Of a DNA stretch of 54,481 nucleotides, positions 26,503 to 37,225 are shown piece by piece; within the stretch, counting starts at the first letter, position 1; every line of letters starts with the position of its first letter. A program made the position numbers and the translations under genes. The stretch is from an uncultured Thermodesulfobacteriota bacterium. GTDB lineage: Bacteria > Desulfobacterota > GWC2-55-46 > JADFVP01. The stretch is taken from NCBI GenBank assembly GCA_964474975.1, contig CAYYUX010000004.1, forward strand, positions 1 to 54,481, in the 5' to 3' direction. Under the pieces are notes generated by a model. The model made no database searches and was not told the origin of the DNA. It saw only the letters and a program-made list of their open reading frames with translations.

Positions 26503-28137
26503 TTAGTCAAAATAACCTAAATCCTTCAGACGGCCTTCAATCTCTTTTTCTTCATCAGGGCTATACTTTGTCTCTTCTGCACCTTCAAAAACGCCTGAGA
26601 TAGAGGTGGCACTATGCCTGAGATTCCCAGTCGCTCTAAAATCCGAAGTAAAGATCTCATTTACCACTTTCCCGTCCATGTCTTCAGGGACAGGCAGGTT
26701 GAAGTTATACAGAACCGTTGGCGTAATATCCGTTATATCTGCATCTACTTCAAGGCCTTTACGTATATTCTTCCCGTATGCCGCAAAAATACCCTCTTGC
26801 CTGTGGCAGCCCTCCGGCCCCATGGCTTTTTTTACAAAGCAACCGCCTCCGATAGAGACCGACGTGTTAAGCATATAACCGTAATTTTTCATTCTCAAAA
26901 GAAGATCCGGGGCGTTCTTCACGTATGGCCCATTATACAACTCGTCTTTCAAATATACCTCGTCGACAAAGCGTTTTCCGTTAGCCGGATCAATCAGCGT
27001 AAGAAGTTTTGCTCGCAACTCCTTTATCTTTTTTGCACGATGTGCCGCATCATCCGAATAATCACTCCCCTCTTTGTTAAAATAAATACCCTGCTCATAC
27101 ACGTCACTGCTAAAGAAAACGGTCTTGGAAAAATCAATACAACGGCTCAAGGCATTTTCCGCAACGGCAATATTCCTGCCCTTGTCAAAAAACTTGTCAA
27201 TATGCATCCTGCCAATAAACTTTGTGGCATAAAGCCTTGTCTTGGAGAGAGAGAGAAGACCCTCCTTTAAGAGCCACTCATTAAGGGAAACCGTCTTTTC
27301 AAGCGGACCGAAACCATGATCAGAGACGATATAAAAGGTTGTGTCTTCATCAATCATGCTGAGAATACGCCCTATGCCATCATCCACCAGACGATATAGC
27401 TTTAATAGTTCTTCCCTGGCATGCGCGGCAACAGGCGTATTGTACATAGCCTCGCCCTTATCCAGATACTTCCAGTACTTATGTTGAATTTTGTCAAAGC
27501 ATGTAAAGACAACCATGAAGAAATCCGGTGTATACTTGCGCAGTAAAACTTCTGTCGCCTCTATACGTTTTTGAGTACATAGGATAAGGTCTTCAACAAA
27601 CTTCTGCAACTGCCCTTCCGTACCTGTCCTGCGTCCGGCGATCCTGACATTGATAACATATGAGCCAATCTCTTTAATCAACTCCTTATATAGCCCCTCA
27701 GGGTGAGTAAAGTCTTCCTTGCCAAGCGGTGTAAGCAGGCCCGGCACCATGAATCCATTAATAGGCTCCGCAGGATAGGTTATGGGCAGATTGATTACAC
27801 CAGCGCTCATTCCCGCGTTATTAAGATAATGCCATAACTTGGGCGTCTTGACGGATCTGCTACTGACAAAGGCCCTTTTTGTCTCGCCATTATTATTAGT
27901 TGTGAAGCCAAAGACACTGTGTTTGCCAGGATTCATCCCCGTTACACTGGAGACCCACGCAGGGGCCGTGTAAGGAGGAATAGTTGAACGCAAGATGCCG
28001 GAGACGCCATCGGAGCAAACCTTCTGGAGATTAGGCATATGTCCACGCTCCATTAGCGGCTTCAAGAGGTTCCATGCACCCCCGTCCAGCCCAAGAACAA
28101 AAACTTTTTCAGATGTTTTTTTTATTCCTTCTTTCAT
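26503..28137 (-). CDS. AlkP-superfamily (type I phosphodiesterase/NPP-like) enzyme
   Basis: 'VLGLDGG', 'STIPPYTAPAWVS..TG.NPGKH', 'DKIQH', 'VSDHGF', 'APDL', 'GCH.QEGIF'; C-terminus 'RLKDLGYFD'. Confidence 0.88.
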   Translation of the reverse strand: MKEGIKKTSEKVFVLGLDGGAWNLLKPLMERGHMPNLQKVCSDGVSGILRSTIPPYTAPAWVSSVTGMNPGKHSVFGFTTNNNGETKRAFVSSRSVKTPKLWHYLNNAGMSAGVINLPITYPAEPINGFMVPGLLTPLGKEDFTHPEGLYKELIKEIGSYVINVRIAGRRTGTEGQLQKFVEDLILCTQKRIEATEVLLRKYTPDFFMVVFTCFDKIQHKYWKYLDKGEAMYNTPVAAHAREELLKLYRLVDDGIGRILSMIDEDTTFYIVSDHGFGPLEKTVSLNEWLLKEGLLSLSKTRLYATKFIGRMHIDKFFDKGRNIAVAENALSRCIDFSKTVFFSSDVYEQGIYFNKEGSDYSDDAAHRAKKIKELRAKLLTLIDPANGKRFVDEVYLKDELYNGPYVKNAPDLLLRMKNYGYMLNTSVSIGGGCFVKKAMGPEGCHRQEGIFAAYGKNIRKGLEVDADITDITPTVLYNFNLPVPEDMDGKVVNEIFTSDFRATGNLRHSATSISGVFEGAEETKYSPDEEKEIEGRLKDLGYFD

Positions 28138-28166
28138 GCTACTAATACCTCAATATTACTCTGAAG

Positions 28167-29714
28167 TTATGCGTTAACATCCCGGGACTTAAATATTTTA
28201 CGCTTCATCTTATTCAAGAGCATAACATCTCCCTCGGACAAACCTAAGAGCCACAACAGAGAGACATAAGCTAACAGGTACAGCAGTATCATTATCACAA
28301 GCATAAACGGATTATTGCCATCAACTCCAAAAGCGATTATTGCAACAAGTAGCAGTGCCGATAGCAGACCGCTCAAAACAGGCTTAAGTGTATCCAAAGA
28401 ATATGGATGTATTCGCAGATAATACCATACCTCTAACAAGCGTAACACTTGAAGGACGGAGATGGCTGTGACATTAGCTATTGCGGCGCCTATTATGCCG
28501 TATCTTGGTATTAAAAAAATGTTCAGAAGTATACTTATTACGCATAAGAGCCCGGAGTTTACGAGATTAGCCATCGGTCTGCCTGTCATCATAAGCATAA
28601 AACCTACGGAGCCGACAGATACGTCTATTAACTGACCAACGCAGAGGATGATAAGCGCCGCGTAACCGCCGACAAAACCTGCCCCGTAAAGGCCCATGAA
28701 CTGTCTGGAAAAAAGAATCAGCAGTGTGGCTATTGGAAGGCTCGCCATTATTACATACTTTGTTATTGTCTTGAATTGACGAGAAAGGTCATCGCGTTTG
28801 CCATCGGAATGCAACTCTGAGATAAGTGGGGCGAAAGTCATATTAACCGCTGTCTGAGGTATAATGATTATAGGGATAATGCGTGTCGCCACTCCGTAAA
28901 TGCCAACCATTGCAGTCGGTAAAAAAAATCCCATTATTATAATGTCCGAGCCGGCGATAATTCTTCTGAATATACTCGTAAATAACAGGGGTGTGGAAAA
29001 ACGAGTCAATTTCCCCACCTCTGCGACAACAGGACCGCCCTGGAATATAACCCGTAGATTCTTATACAAATAATAGCAGGCCAGCATGGCGCCCACTACT
29101 GCCACGAGGACATACACCAACACTATCCCCATAAGCTCATACCCCATCATCACAGCGATTACGACACCTGCCAAACGGATAAAAGGCATCTGTACACGCT
29201 GTATCAATACCTTGCACTTAATGAGTTTTAAGCCCTGCAGAGTGGCAATGACAACAAGCATTGTCGTAGTAAAAGGGAGTGCGATGGCCATGACTCTCAA
29301 CACAGGCACAAGCTCTATCTTATGGAATATCTGCTCCGCAAGAACTCCGGCGGCTCCGTATACGGCAAGGGCAAGGAGAATGCTTGCCGCAACAACGAGG
29401 ATGAGTCCGCTGAAAAAGATCCCCTTTAAGCGCGGCATATCCTTCAAGACCCGATACTGCGCTACGTATTTGACAATAGCGTTTTCCATACCTAGCAGAG
29501 ACAGAACCTCTACAAAAGAAATGACCGTAATGGCCATAACAAAAACACCAAAAGAGTCTGGCCCTATTGTCCTTGTAATAATTATACTGGACGCTAAGCG
29601 AGTTGCGACAAAGACAAATTGGCCGACAATGCCAACGCCGGCGTTTTTTATAACAGAGCTCAGCCCCGACTCTATTTTAGATAACGGCGATGTCATATCA
29701 GCCTTTTTTACCAC
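28167..29714 (-). CDS. wzx: Polysaccharide repeat-unit flippase (Wzx, MOP superfamily)
   Basis: About 14 TM helices; 'RTIGPDSFGVF', 'VGIYGVA', 'LNIFLIPRYGIIGAAIA'. Confidence 0.85.
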   Translation of the reverse strand: MVKKADMTSPLSKIESGLSSVIKNAGVGIVGQFVFVATRLASSIIITRTIGPDSFGVFVMAITVISFVEVLSLLGMENAIVKYVAQYRVLKDMPRLKGIFFSGLILVVAASILLALAVYGAAGVLAEQIFHKIELVPVLRVMAIALPFTTTMLVVIATLQGLKLIKCKVLIQRVQMPFIRLAGVVIAVMMGYELMGIVLVYVLVAVVGAMLACYYLYKNLRVIFQGGPVVAEVGKLTRFSTPLLFTSIFRRIIAGSDIIIMGFFLPTAMVGIYGVATRIIPIIIIPQTAVNMTFAPLISELHSDGKRDDLSRQFKTITKYVIMASLPIATLLILFSRQFMGLYGAGFVGGYAALIILCVGQLIDVSVGSVGFMLMMTGRPMANLVNSGLLCVISILLNIFLIPRYGIIGAAIANVTAISVLQVLRLLEVWYYLRIHPYSLDTLKPVLSGLLSALLLVAIIAFGVDGNNPFMLVIMILLYLLAYVSLLWLLGLSEGDVMLLNKMKRKIFKSRDVNA

Positions 29715-30855
29715 TATATATTTTATCTCTCACGGCGCAAGCCACGGGCCGTATGTGCCGTTCTAAAACATGGAGCCCCAAGGAGCGCCAGCCGTTGTGG
29801 AACAACAGTACTTTTTTAATCTTCCATATTTTATTTGTGACTTTCAGTTTGTACTCATCTTCTCCCTGTAGCATATCAAACTCAGTATTTTTTTTATCAA
29901 AGCATTCCTCAATAATCTTCATCAGAAGGATTGAGCCCGGTGAGTACATTCTCCATAGCGGGTCATAGGCGGTGTTATAAAAATAATATTTTTGTCCGTA
30001 GTTAAATCCAATGGCATAGGCAACAAGAGTATTATCCAACCGTAGCATGTAGATAGAAAAAACACCCGCCTCGGCAAAGACAGAGCATACACGAGACAAA
30101 AATTCCCGATTACGTTCACCCTTAAAAATCCCCTTTTGCTCTTCTCCTTTCCATGATCTGCACTCCAGATCAGAAACCTCCTTAAAGGCTTCTCGTATCT
30201 TATCTTTATCGACAATCTCTACAAAAGATATCTTTTCATCTGCCTTTTTTTCGATCCTTCGTATGTAGGCCCTCATCTTGGACAGGGTCTTGGTTGAGAG
30301 GTTTTCATCACAATATTGCTTCCAGTCCCCGTGCATAATTATCGTTGGACAGCCCTTGCAATTATTATCGTGCTTGAAAAAATATTTAATATCCTGTTCT
30401 CTTGAAGAGAGGACTTGGGAGAGCGCTGTAAACGCATCTGATTCTTCCCGCATACGGGCAAGCTCTACCACATCCCATAAACTACGATTTTCATAAATAG
30501 TCTCTATTGCGAGCCTCCAGCATAGCTCGTAATCTTCAACAAAAATAGCACCCATGTAGTCTGATTTTTTAACACCTATAAACTGGAGTTTTCTGAGGGT
30601 GATGCCTAACAATACTTCCCTCGAAATCATCAGCGGAACAATCCCGCACACCTCGCCTCTTGAGTAAATAACCATTACAAACAACTGGCGACCCATGCCG
30701 AAAAACTCCCACCATGCGCAGATCCAGTTAAAAGTAAAAAATGGATTTTTATCAGGGCATTTGTCCAAAAGATCGCTCCATATCTCCTCCATGGCATTCA
30801 ACTCTTCAATGTTCCTGATTATCTCTACTCTGAAATCGCGGGAATTTGTCATCAC
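29698..30855 (-). CDS. CelD/BcsL-type GNAT acyltransferase
   Basis: 'PFFTFNW..AWW', 'GIVPL', 'SDY', 'TAYDP.W..YSPG.ILL', 'FDMLQGEDEYK'. Confidence 0.85.
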   Translation of the reverse strand: MMTNSRDFRVEIIRNIEELNAMEEIWSDLLDKCPDKNPFFTFNWICAWWEFFGMGRQLFVMVIYSRGEVCGIVPLMISREVLLGITLRKLQFIGVKKSDYMGAIFVEDYELCWRLAIETIYENRSLWDVVELARMREESDAFTALSQVLSSREQDIKYFFKHDNNCKGCPTIIMHGDWKQYCDENLSTKTLSKMRAYIRRIEKKADEKISFVEIVDKDKIREAFKEVSDLECRSWKGEEQKGIFKGERNREFLSRVCSVFAEAGVFSIYMLRLDNTLVAYAIGFNYGQKYYFYNTAYDPLWRMYSPGSILLMKIIEECFDKKNTEFDMLQGEDEYKLKVTNKIWKIKKVLLFHNGWRSLGLHVLERHIRPVACAVRDKIYSGKKG

Positions 30856-31026
30856 AGGTTTCTTATCTCAGTTTATTTATCTCTTGCCTGCCGTGCTTGA
30901 GTCTTATTTATTATTAAACATCTCAATGGTCTGCCACGTATATCGCAGTATTAAGCATCTACACTTCAAAAAGCGCCAAAGCCTTAGGGCAGAGGCGGGT
31001 TAGTATAGGTCCGCAACCATTGCAAC

Positions 31027-32136
31027 TCACGTCGTATTGAGCGCGGCTTTGTAGACCTCCATGGTCAAATCCGCTATGTGATCCCAATTCAGAGTGGTTC
31101 TGGATGTCTTCAACGCCTCTTCTCCCATACTTTTTCTTTTTCTTTTATTTTTCAATAACTCCACAATGGCCGTTGCCAACCCTTCAGCGTCTCCCGGAGG
31201 GACAACCAGCCCGTTCCTATTATTTTTAACGATCTCAGTAAGACTCCCGACATCAGTTACGATAACAGGTTTGCCATATACAAAAGCCATGGCTACAATG
31301 CCACTCTGACTTGCTTCTATATATGGGAGTGTAATGATCGCCGCCCTCTCAAAAAAAGCGCTTACTTCATCGTTTGGTATATGCCTGTCATGAATCTCAA
31401 AATGAGGATTAGCGCTTATGAGTTCTTTCTTTCTTCTTAAATCATCTCCACGTCCGGCGATTATCACCTTAAAATCCGGTACTCTCGAACTTACAATGGG
31501 TTCGGCGTCTATTAGCGTCTGCAGACCTTTATATTCCAGCATTCTGCCAAAAAAAAGTATTGAGGAGCCTTCTTCCTTACAAACTTTTTGCATGGACTGA
31601 GACTTGAAAGAACCGAGTACGCCATGAGGAACGACAAAAACATCAACGTCCTCTCTCTGAAACTCATTCATGAACCTCTTTTTTAAAACATCGCCATGAA
31701 CAATTACCTTGCGATATATTCTTTGCAGAATAAAACGCCTTATTTTTTTAATAAACCATTGATAGTTAAAGGTCGTCCCCGGATGGACAGTCACATCATG
31801 AACCGTGCCTACGACAACGGGTGCCTTGGGGGACAAGAGGACAAAGAGGTTAGATGTATCGCGAGATTCCTGGTGATGAATAATGTCAGGGCCAAAAGAC
31901 GCTATAACCCTTCTAATAACCAATAAATTCTTTAGTATCCTGGGGTTGAACATGGAATATCTGTCAATCAGAGTATAAGAGGCTTTACCCTCCAACATTC
32001 CATGCAACTCATCTTTGACGGTCCGAGATACTTCGTCTCTTGAAAGAATTAGATGTACTGTGTTTGTACGGCTTAGAGCTTGAGCCAACTCAACTGCATA
32101 TTCAACAAAATGCAGTGAAACCAGTAAAATTTTCAT
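31027..32136 (-). CDS. Glycosyltransferase family 4
   Basis: 'TVHDV', 'VVPHG', 'LFFGRMLEYKGL', 'LPY.EASQSGIV..A...GKPVI.TDVG'. Start ATG 32136 preferred; the ORF track gives 32175. Confidence 0.9.
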   Translation of the reverse strand: MKILLVSLHFVEYAVELAQALSRTNTVHLILSRDEVSRTVKDELHGMLEGKASYTLIDRYSMFNPRILKNLLVIRRVIASFGPDIIHHQESRDTSNLFVLLSPKAPVVVGTVHDVTVHPGTTFNYQWFIKKIRRFILQRIYRKVIVHGDVLKKRFMNEFQREDVDVFVVPHGVLGSFKSQSMQKVCKEEGSSILFFGRMLEYKGLQTLIDAEPIVSSRVPDFKVIIAGRGDDLRRKKELISANPHFEIHDRHIPNDEVSAFFERAAIITLPYIEASQSGIVAMAFVYGKPVIVTDVGSLTEIVKNNRNGLVVPPGDAEGLATAIVELLKNKRKRKSMGEEALKTSRTTLNWDHIADLTMEVYKAALNTT

Positions 32137-32285
32137 ATCCCTATCGTAAAATTCATGCTTGATCGGCCCCCGCATCTATCTCTGCAACCCCACGCACTTA
32201 ATGGCACAACCGGCTATGAGCTCTTGGTATGCCCCTTACCACTACAACACTCCGAGACATTAGCCAGTGACACACTCCTTTACTT

Positions 32286-33893
32286 TTACAGATACCCCAG
32301 ATTCTTTAACAATTCTTTTGATTTCTCAAATTCATCAATGTGTCCTTTCTCTGCATCGAATGCGTGAAGCCTCAAGCTCTCATCACCGGCCTCGCGTTTC
32401 AGGGGATGATCGTCCATGAATTTACGGCTGAAAATCTCATTTATCACTCTACCGCCGTAAGTATCCGGCACAGGAACGCCCATTAGATAAAGGATGCTTG
32501 TGGTTACATCCTCGATAAATATTTCACGTTCTATGGTTGCCGCTTCTACCATGGAACCGGAGGCTATAAACATACCTTCACGCCGATGGTCTCCGATCTG
32601 AATAGGGTCTTTTGCGTCCTTTATCAGCCCCCTTCTCATAGGGCTGAAGGAGACCTTGTAGTCATACAAAAACTGCGCTGTAATATCTGGAAACTGATTC
32701 TGCAAGGGGCCTGCATAGGTATCCTCACGATAGTGTATTTTGGATACGATTTTTTTTCCTGAAGCAGGATCCTTCAAACCCTCTAGATACTCAACAACTT
32801 CTTTCTTAAGAAGATCATATTCTTTGCCGGAAGAGACAATGCCCTCTTTTTTCTCGCCCCTGGTATTGATACAGATACCAAGATAATTATTGTAAACCGG
32901 GACAGAATACAATTTGGTCTTTTTCCAATCAATAAAATCCTCAAGAATAACCTTGCGACTTTTGCCGAGCTTTCCTTCAATCCATGTTTTTAGATACTTT
33001 GTCTTACTCCCCGGGAGGTAGGCCGTATGTCCCAGGCGCCTCATCAGGGTCAAGGCGTTAACCTGCCTGGTTGCGGATCTCCCGAAGCCATGATCCGACA
33101 TAATTATCTTTACGGCATTCTCTCCCGCCTCGTCAATAAGTTGGCCGATAAGGCTATCAAGCAGGACATAATACTCTCTAATTACGCCGTAGGTCTCTCC
33201 GTCTTGCGCGTCATCCCAGAAAAAATGACAGATGCGGTCCGAACCGGTAAAAACTACCATAAAGAAGTTCCAATCCTGCGTCCTCATCAGCTTAAGCGCA
33301 TTATTGGCCCTGCTTCTTGAGAGGTTGCACACATCATGTATAAACTTTTTTTTATCATTTTTAATCAGCTCTTTTACCTGCCATCTGTTCTGATTAATCA
33401 ACCCGTCAAGGTCAACACTGTAGTCTTCCAATTGTGTCAATAGCTCTACAGGATAGACATAATCATTTGAGCCATAGGGAACGAGCATACCTGAGATCAT
33501 AAAACCATCGAGTTTGTCGGGGGGATAAGTCAAGGGAACATTCATCAATCCCACTTTGTAACCGTATTTGTTCAATACACGCCAGAAGGGTATCCCCTTC
33601 ATATTGCCAAGGTTCATAAGCGTATTCGAAGATTGCAGTTTGTACTCATTTAGCTGACGATCAAAAAAATAGGCAACACCATGCCTTCCGGGGTTGGCGC
33701 CTGTGATAAAAGACGACCAGGCAGGTGCGGTTACCGGAGGGATTGTCGAGAGGAGTCGTCCATGAGTACCCCTGTTCATAAGGGATGCAATATTCGGAAG
33801 CAGGTTTTCCTCGAGCATAGGTTCTATGATATCAAAAGTTCCCCCGTCAATGCCTATTGCCAGAATCTTCTTTGTTGTTTTTTCTTTACTCAT
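32286..33893 (-). CDS. AlkP-superfamily (type I phosphodiesterase/NPP-like) enzyme, paralog of 26503..28137
   Basis: 'IGIDGG', 'STIPPVTAPAWSSFITG.NPGRHG', 'DRICHFFW', 'MSDHGF', 'GDHRREGMF'; C-terminus 'LLKNLGYL'. Confidence 0.88.
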   Translation of the reverse strand: MSKEKTTKKILAIGIDGGTFDIIEPMLEENLLPNIASLMNRGTHGRLLSTIPPVTAPAWSSFITGANPGRHGVAYFFDRQLNEYKLQSSNTLMNLGNMKGIPFWRVLNKYGYKVGLMNVPLTYPPDKLDGFMISGMLVPYGSNDYVYPVELLTQLEDYSVDLDGLINQNRWQVKELIKNDKKKFIHDVCNLSRSRANNALKLMRTQDWNFFMVVFTGSDRICHFFWDDAQDGETYGVIREYYVLLDSLIGQLIDEAGENAVKIIMSDHGFGRSATRQVNALTLMRRLGHTAYLPGSKTKYLKTWIEGKLGKSRKVILEDFIDWKKTKLYSVPVYNNYLGICINTRGEKKEGIVSSGKEYDLLKKEVVEYLEGLKDPASGKKIVSKIHYREDTYAGPLQNQFPDITAQFLYDYKVSFSPMRRGLIKDAKDPIQIGDHRREGMFIASGSMVEAATIEREIFIEDVTTSILYLMGVPVPDTYGGRVINEIFSRKFMDDHPLKREAGDESLRLHAFDAEKGHIDEFEKSKELLKNLGYL

Positions 33894-34042
33894 TGCATAC
33901 CTGTATCACTACTATTTAGCAATTGACTGATTGCTAGAACGCTTAAGGTCTAAGAAGGGCAGTCAACTGAGCCATCTTAGGAAGAATAATGTTTAGAGAA
34001 AAAAACGGGGCTTTTAAGGATAGTACAACACGCAGGTTCCAC

Positions 34043-34759
34043 TTAAAGATGTTTGAAAATAAATTTCGGCACAACTTGTTTAACACGGTTTAAGATTACT
34101 CCTCCAATATCGCACTTATTCTTCAGCAGATAATTCTTAGACTTTTCACACACCTCAAATGTCGTGCCGTAGGCCTGAATCACAAGCATAGTCGTGTCCG
34201 CCGCCAGTGCAAAGGAAAGAGCAGTGGAAGAATCAAGTATGGGACTTGAATCGATAAGGATATAATCGTACTGAGTCCTAAGAGTACGCAAGAGGTCAAA
34301 AATATTCCTCCTGTTTATACAATCCATACCATCATCTTCCTTCGGTCCATATGGCAGTAGATATAATTTATTTGATGAGTTCACTGGATGAATTACTTCC
34401 TCACAAGTTTTATATTTCCTGAGGACATCGCAGAGGCCATAACTTGATGAATTATCAAGAAGCCTCTGCAAACAAGGATTCTTTGAATTAGCATCAATTA
34501 AGAGGACACTCTTGTCGGAAAGATTTGCAGACAAGAGCTGTGCCAGATTAGCTACAATTGTAGAAACCCCCTCTTTTGCGTGACTGCATACGAAGTTGAA
34601 TGTCGAGTAGTCATTAACATCCTTGAGCAAGACAAGGGTCTGCTCAACATTGGCTAGTTGCTCCATCTCAAGAAGGTTATAAAACCCGGCCCTTACAAGG
34701 GGCGCGTGTCTTTCGTCGATATTTCCATGTTTTAGTATAGATTTTGAGAGCGCTGTCAT
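34043..34759 (-). CDS. CpsD/CapB-like cytoplasmic P-loop protein (split Wzc kinase module, degenerate Walker A)
   Basis: 'SHAKEGVSTIVANLA', 'VLLIDAN', 'YDYILIDSSP', 'GVILN'. Confidence 0.8.
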   Translation of the reverse strand: MTALSKSILKHGNIDERHAPLVRAGFYNLLEMEQLANVEQTLVLLKDVNDYSTFNFVCSHAKEGVSTIVANLAQLLSANLSDKSVLLIDANSKNPCLQRLLDNSSSYGLCDVLRKYKTCEEVIHPVNSSNKLYLLPYGPKEDDGMDCINRRNIFDLLRTLRTQYDYILIDSSPILDSSTALSFALAADTTMLVIQAYGTTFEVCEKSKNYLLKNKCDIGGVILNRVKQVVPKFIFKHL

Positions 34760-34789
34760 TGTTTACCTCTTATTTTCTTTCGATACGGC

Positions 34790-35992
34790 CTAATCCCTTT
34801 TCTCCGGGATAGAGCTGATTACTGGCAGAGACAATAAGCTATTAATATCGTCTTCTGACTTTGGACTATGATCCATATACTCCAGCAAAAACGGCAGCCC
34901 CATCGCAACAAAAAAACCGACTACAATAGAGATTAACAACAATAGAGTCCTTTTGGGAAAATCAACCGCCACCGGAAAAGTTGCGCCGTCCACGATGCTT
35001 ATGTTAGCCAGTGCGCGCCCGACCCTCTTTTGATATATCTTGGCGTCCTCGGTCTTGGCGGCATAAAGCATATAATTATTTTGTAGTAGCTCTATATTCC
35101 TTGCAAGGTCTTTAATGATACTCTCCTTCCTGCTCAGTTCATTAGTATCCGCCTGCAATTTCTTAAGAGCCTTCTCTATCACCATTCGCTGTTTTAATTT
35201 CGTCTGATCATCAGACAGATCAATGTCTGTTAATTGCGCATTAAGGTCACCCATACGTTTTATATTTGTGTCCTTTTGAATACTAAGATCTGTAATATTC
35301 CACTTGCTCTGATACTCTCTCAGCTTCCTCTCAGCCTCTGTGAGCCTCTTCAGATAACTATCTGCCTGTCTCTCATAGAACTGAATACCCTTTTCCTTCG
35401 TATAAACTTTATTATGATGCTGAATATAGTTATTCAGCACCCTGTTCAATACAACCTGTGCCGCTTTGGGCATCTCGGCATCCAGGCTAACCGATATGAC
35501 ATTCGACATTGCAATAGGTTCAATCTCCAGTGAATCAACGAGGAGCTGTACATTGTAGTCAAAAAAGCTCATTTTATTTTTCAATCTCAAAAACAACAAT
35601 ACCTTCCGGAACTCTTTGTTGACATAATCGAGGGCCCTCTTATACCATGCATGATCCTTAGCCTTAAGCCCAACACCGCCACCTTTCATAAAAGACCTGA
35701 CTGTGTTCCTCATAACGCTATCACTTGTCAACAGTTCTATTTCCGTATTAATATCCGCAAGTGATACGGGCGAGATACGATGTTCTTCAGATTTTCCTGT
35801 TGATATAACCACGCCCTCACTTGTTCTCGGCAAAATCATTATCTTTGCGTGGCTGACATAGACCGGCGGATAGATGTACGCAAAAAGCATAACAACGGTA
35901 ACGACTATAAAAAACGATGCTATGGCTTTATTCTTCCACGTAAACCAAATCCTGAAAAGATCCTTTGTGGAATGTAAATTTGTCAAGGACAT
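34790..35992 (-). CDS. Polysaccharide co-polymerase (Wzz/GumC/Wzc membrane domain)
   Basis: Two TM helices flanking a coiled-coil periplasmic region; 'PPVY.S.AKI', 'INTEIELLTS', 'LEYMD...S..DI...L.LPVI.SIP'. Confidence 0.85.
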   Translation of the reverse strand: MSLTNLHSTKDLFRIWFTWKNKAIASFFIVVTVVMLFAYIYPPVYVSHAKIMILPRTSEGVVISTGKSEEHRISPVSLADINTEIELLTSDSVMRNTVRSFMKGGGVGLKAKDHAWYKRALDYVNKEFRKVLLFLRLKNKMSFFDYNVQLLVDSLEIEPIAMSNVISVSLDAEMPKAAQVVLNRVLNNYIQHHNKVYTKEKGIQFYERQADSYLKRLTEAERKLREYQSKWNITDLSIQKDTNIKRMGDLNAQLTDIDLSDDQTKLKQRMVIEKALKKLQADTNELSRKESIIKDLARNIELLQNNYMLYAAKTEDAKIYQKRVGRALANISIVDGATFPVAVDFPKRTLLLLISIVVGFFVAMGLPFLLEYMDHSPKSEDDINSLLSLPVISSIPEKRD

Positions 35993-36065
35993 ATACGGAA
36001 CCCCTATGATATTATTGAAAACAATAAACCGTTATATTTATATGCAGACAAGATTATTCCCGACG

Positions 36066-37097
36066 CTATTTACGGATAAAGTTATGATTGTTGTTGAGAT
36101 CGTAACCAAAGGTAAACCCGAAACCTCGAAAAACGTTAGGGATCACTTTGTTCAGATACTGGTCAACAACCTGATCCACCTTTGCTATTTTTGTCTTTGG
36201 CACATATACAATATCGTACTGTTTAAGAAGTATATCCGTACTCAAATCAGCCTCGCCTATTACATTGCCTAAATTCACAAGTCGTCCGGTTGGCATATCT
36301 TGCTCATTGCGGCTAATCACAAGGACTGTCTTAAGCTCCGCCGAATCCAAGGATACTTGTGCCTGAGCCAGAATTTGCGTAAGCGTAGTGGGACGCTCCA
36401 TCAAAAACATACCCGGCAACCGCACCTCACCGAGGACATAAACCGCGTTGTTTTTCATCGTAGTCAGCATGAGTGAGATAGAGAGACCTTCATTCATCTT
36501 CTTATATTCCTTTTCCACATTCTCCTTCAACTGCGAGAGTGTCAGACCCGCCGCCTGTTGCTCCTTGATGCGCGGGAAGGACACATTGCCATCAGGCATT
36601 ATTGTGACCACCTGTCTCTGTGCGTTAGGAAAAGCGACCAGCTCTTCTTTCAGCTTCTTTATCGCAACATCATATTCAACCAGAGTAACTGTAACCATCG
36701 TCGTATTAAAAACATCGCTGAATTTTTCTTTTATCTTCTTGCTAAGCTCCGAAGGAGTACTGCCTGCCGCATGGATATCTCCTTTCATTGGCAAGGTAAT
36801 CATGCCATCAGGCCTGACGAAGAGCTGCCTGTCTATATTAGAATGGTTGTAAAACTCAACCTTTATCACATCGCCGGGTGCAAGGATATATTCTGAAATT
36901 TCATGCGGAAGCGCGATATGGTACATTATGCCTAACTCATCACCGGGACCCAGTAAATATTCTTTAGGTGCATCGTTAACCGCAGTGGCAAAAAAAGTCT
37001 CACTTTTAGTTTTCTTCAAAGCTTCCGTACTTGCACACGAAGATAACGCAAGAAACAAGATCATAAGTAGCCAGACGGCCTTTTTGTTGGCAAGCAT
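36066..37097 (-). CDS. wza: Outer-membrane polysaccharide export lipoprotein (Wza/OPX)
   Basis: Lipobox LSSC; 'YLLGPGD', 'VRPDG.ITLP..G...AAG.T', 'VYVLGEV..PG', 'D.VYVP'. Confidence 0.85.
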   Translation of the reverse strand: MLANKKAVWLLMILFLALSSCASTEALKKTKSETFFATAVNDAPKEYLLGPGDELGIMYHIALPHEISEYILAPGDVIKVEFYNHSNIDRQLFVRPDGMITLPMKGDIHAAGSTPSELSKKIKEKFSDVFNTTMVTVTLVEYDVAIKKLKEELVAFPNAQRQVVTIMPDGNVSFPRIKEQQAAGLTLSQLKENVEKEYKKMNEGLSISLMLTTMKNNAVYVLGEVRLPGMFLMERPTTLTQILAQAQVSLDSAELKTVLVISRNEQDMPTGRLVNLGNVIGEADLSTDILLKQYDIVYVPKTKIAKVDQVVDQYLNKVIPNVFRGFGFTFGYDLNNNHNFIRK

Positions 37098-37225
37098 TTT
37101 TACTCCCTAATTAACTCAGATAACATGCTGCAAAGAAACAGCTTTTTTTAAATACAAACATTTTTTCCAGTACAAACTTAACACTACGATTTCTGCAGTT
37201 GCGATCAAAAGCGGCAAACCCTACA

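Noticed and set aside
26614-27270. 218-aa plus-strand ORF (likewise 48490-49176, 50361-51032 and the other overlapping short ORFs in the track)
   Set aside because: Lie opposite, or out of frame within, genes with clear family motifs.
29086-29766. 226-aa plus-strand ORF
   Set aside because: Antisense shadow of the wzx flippase; Thr/Ile/Met-rich composition typical of reverse-read membrane genes.
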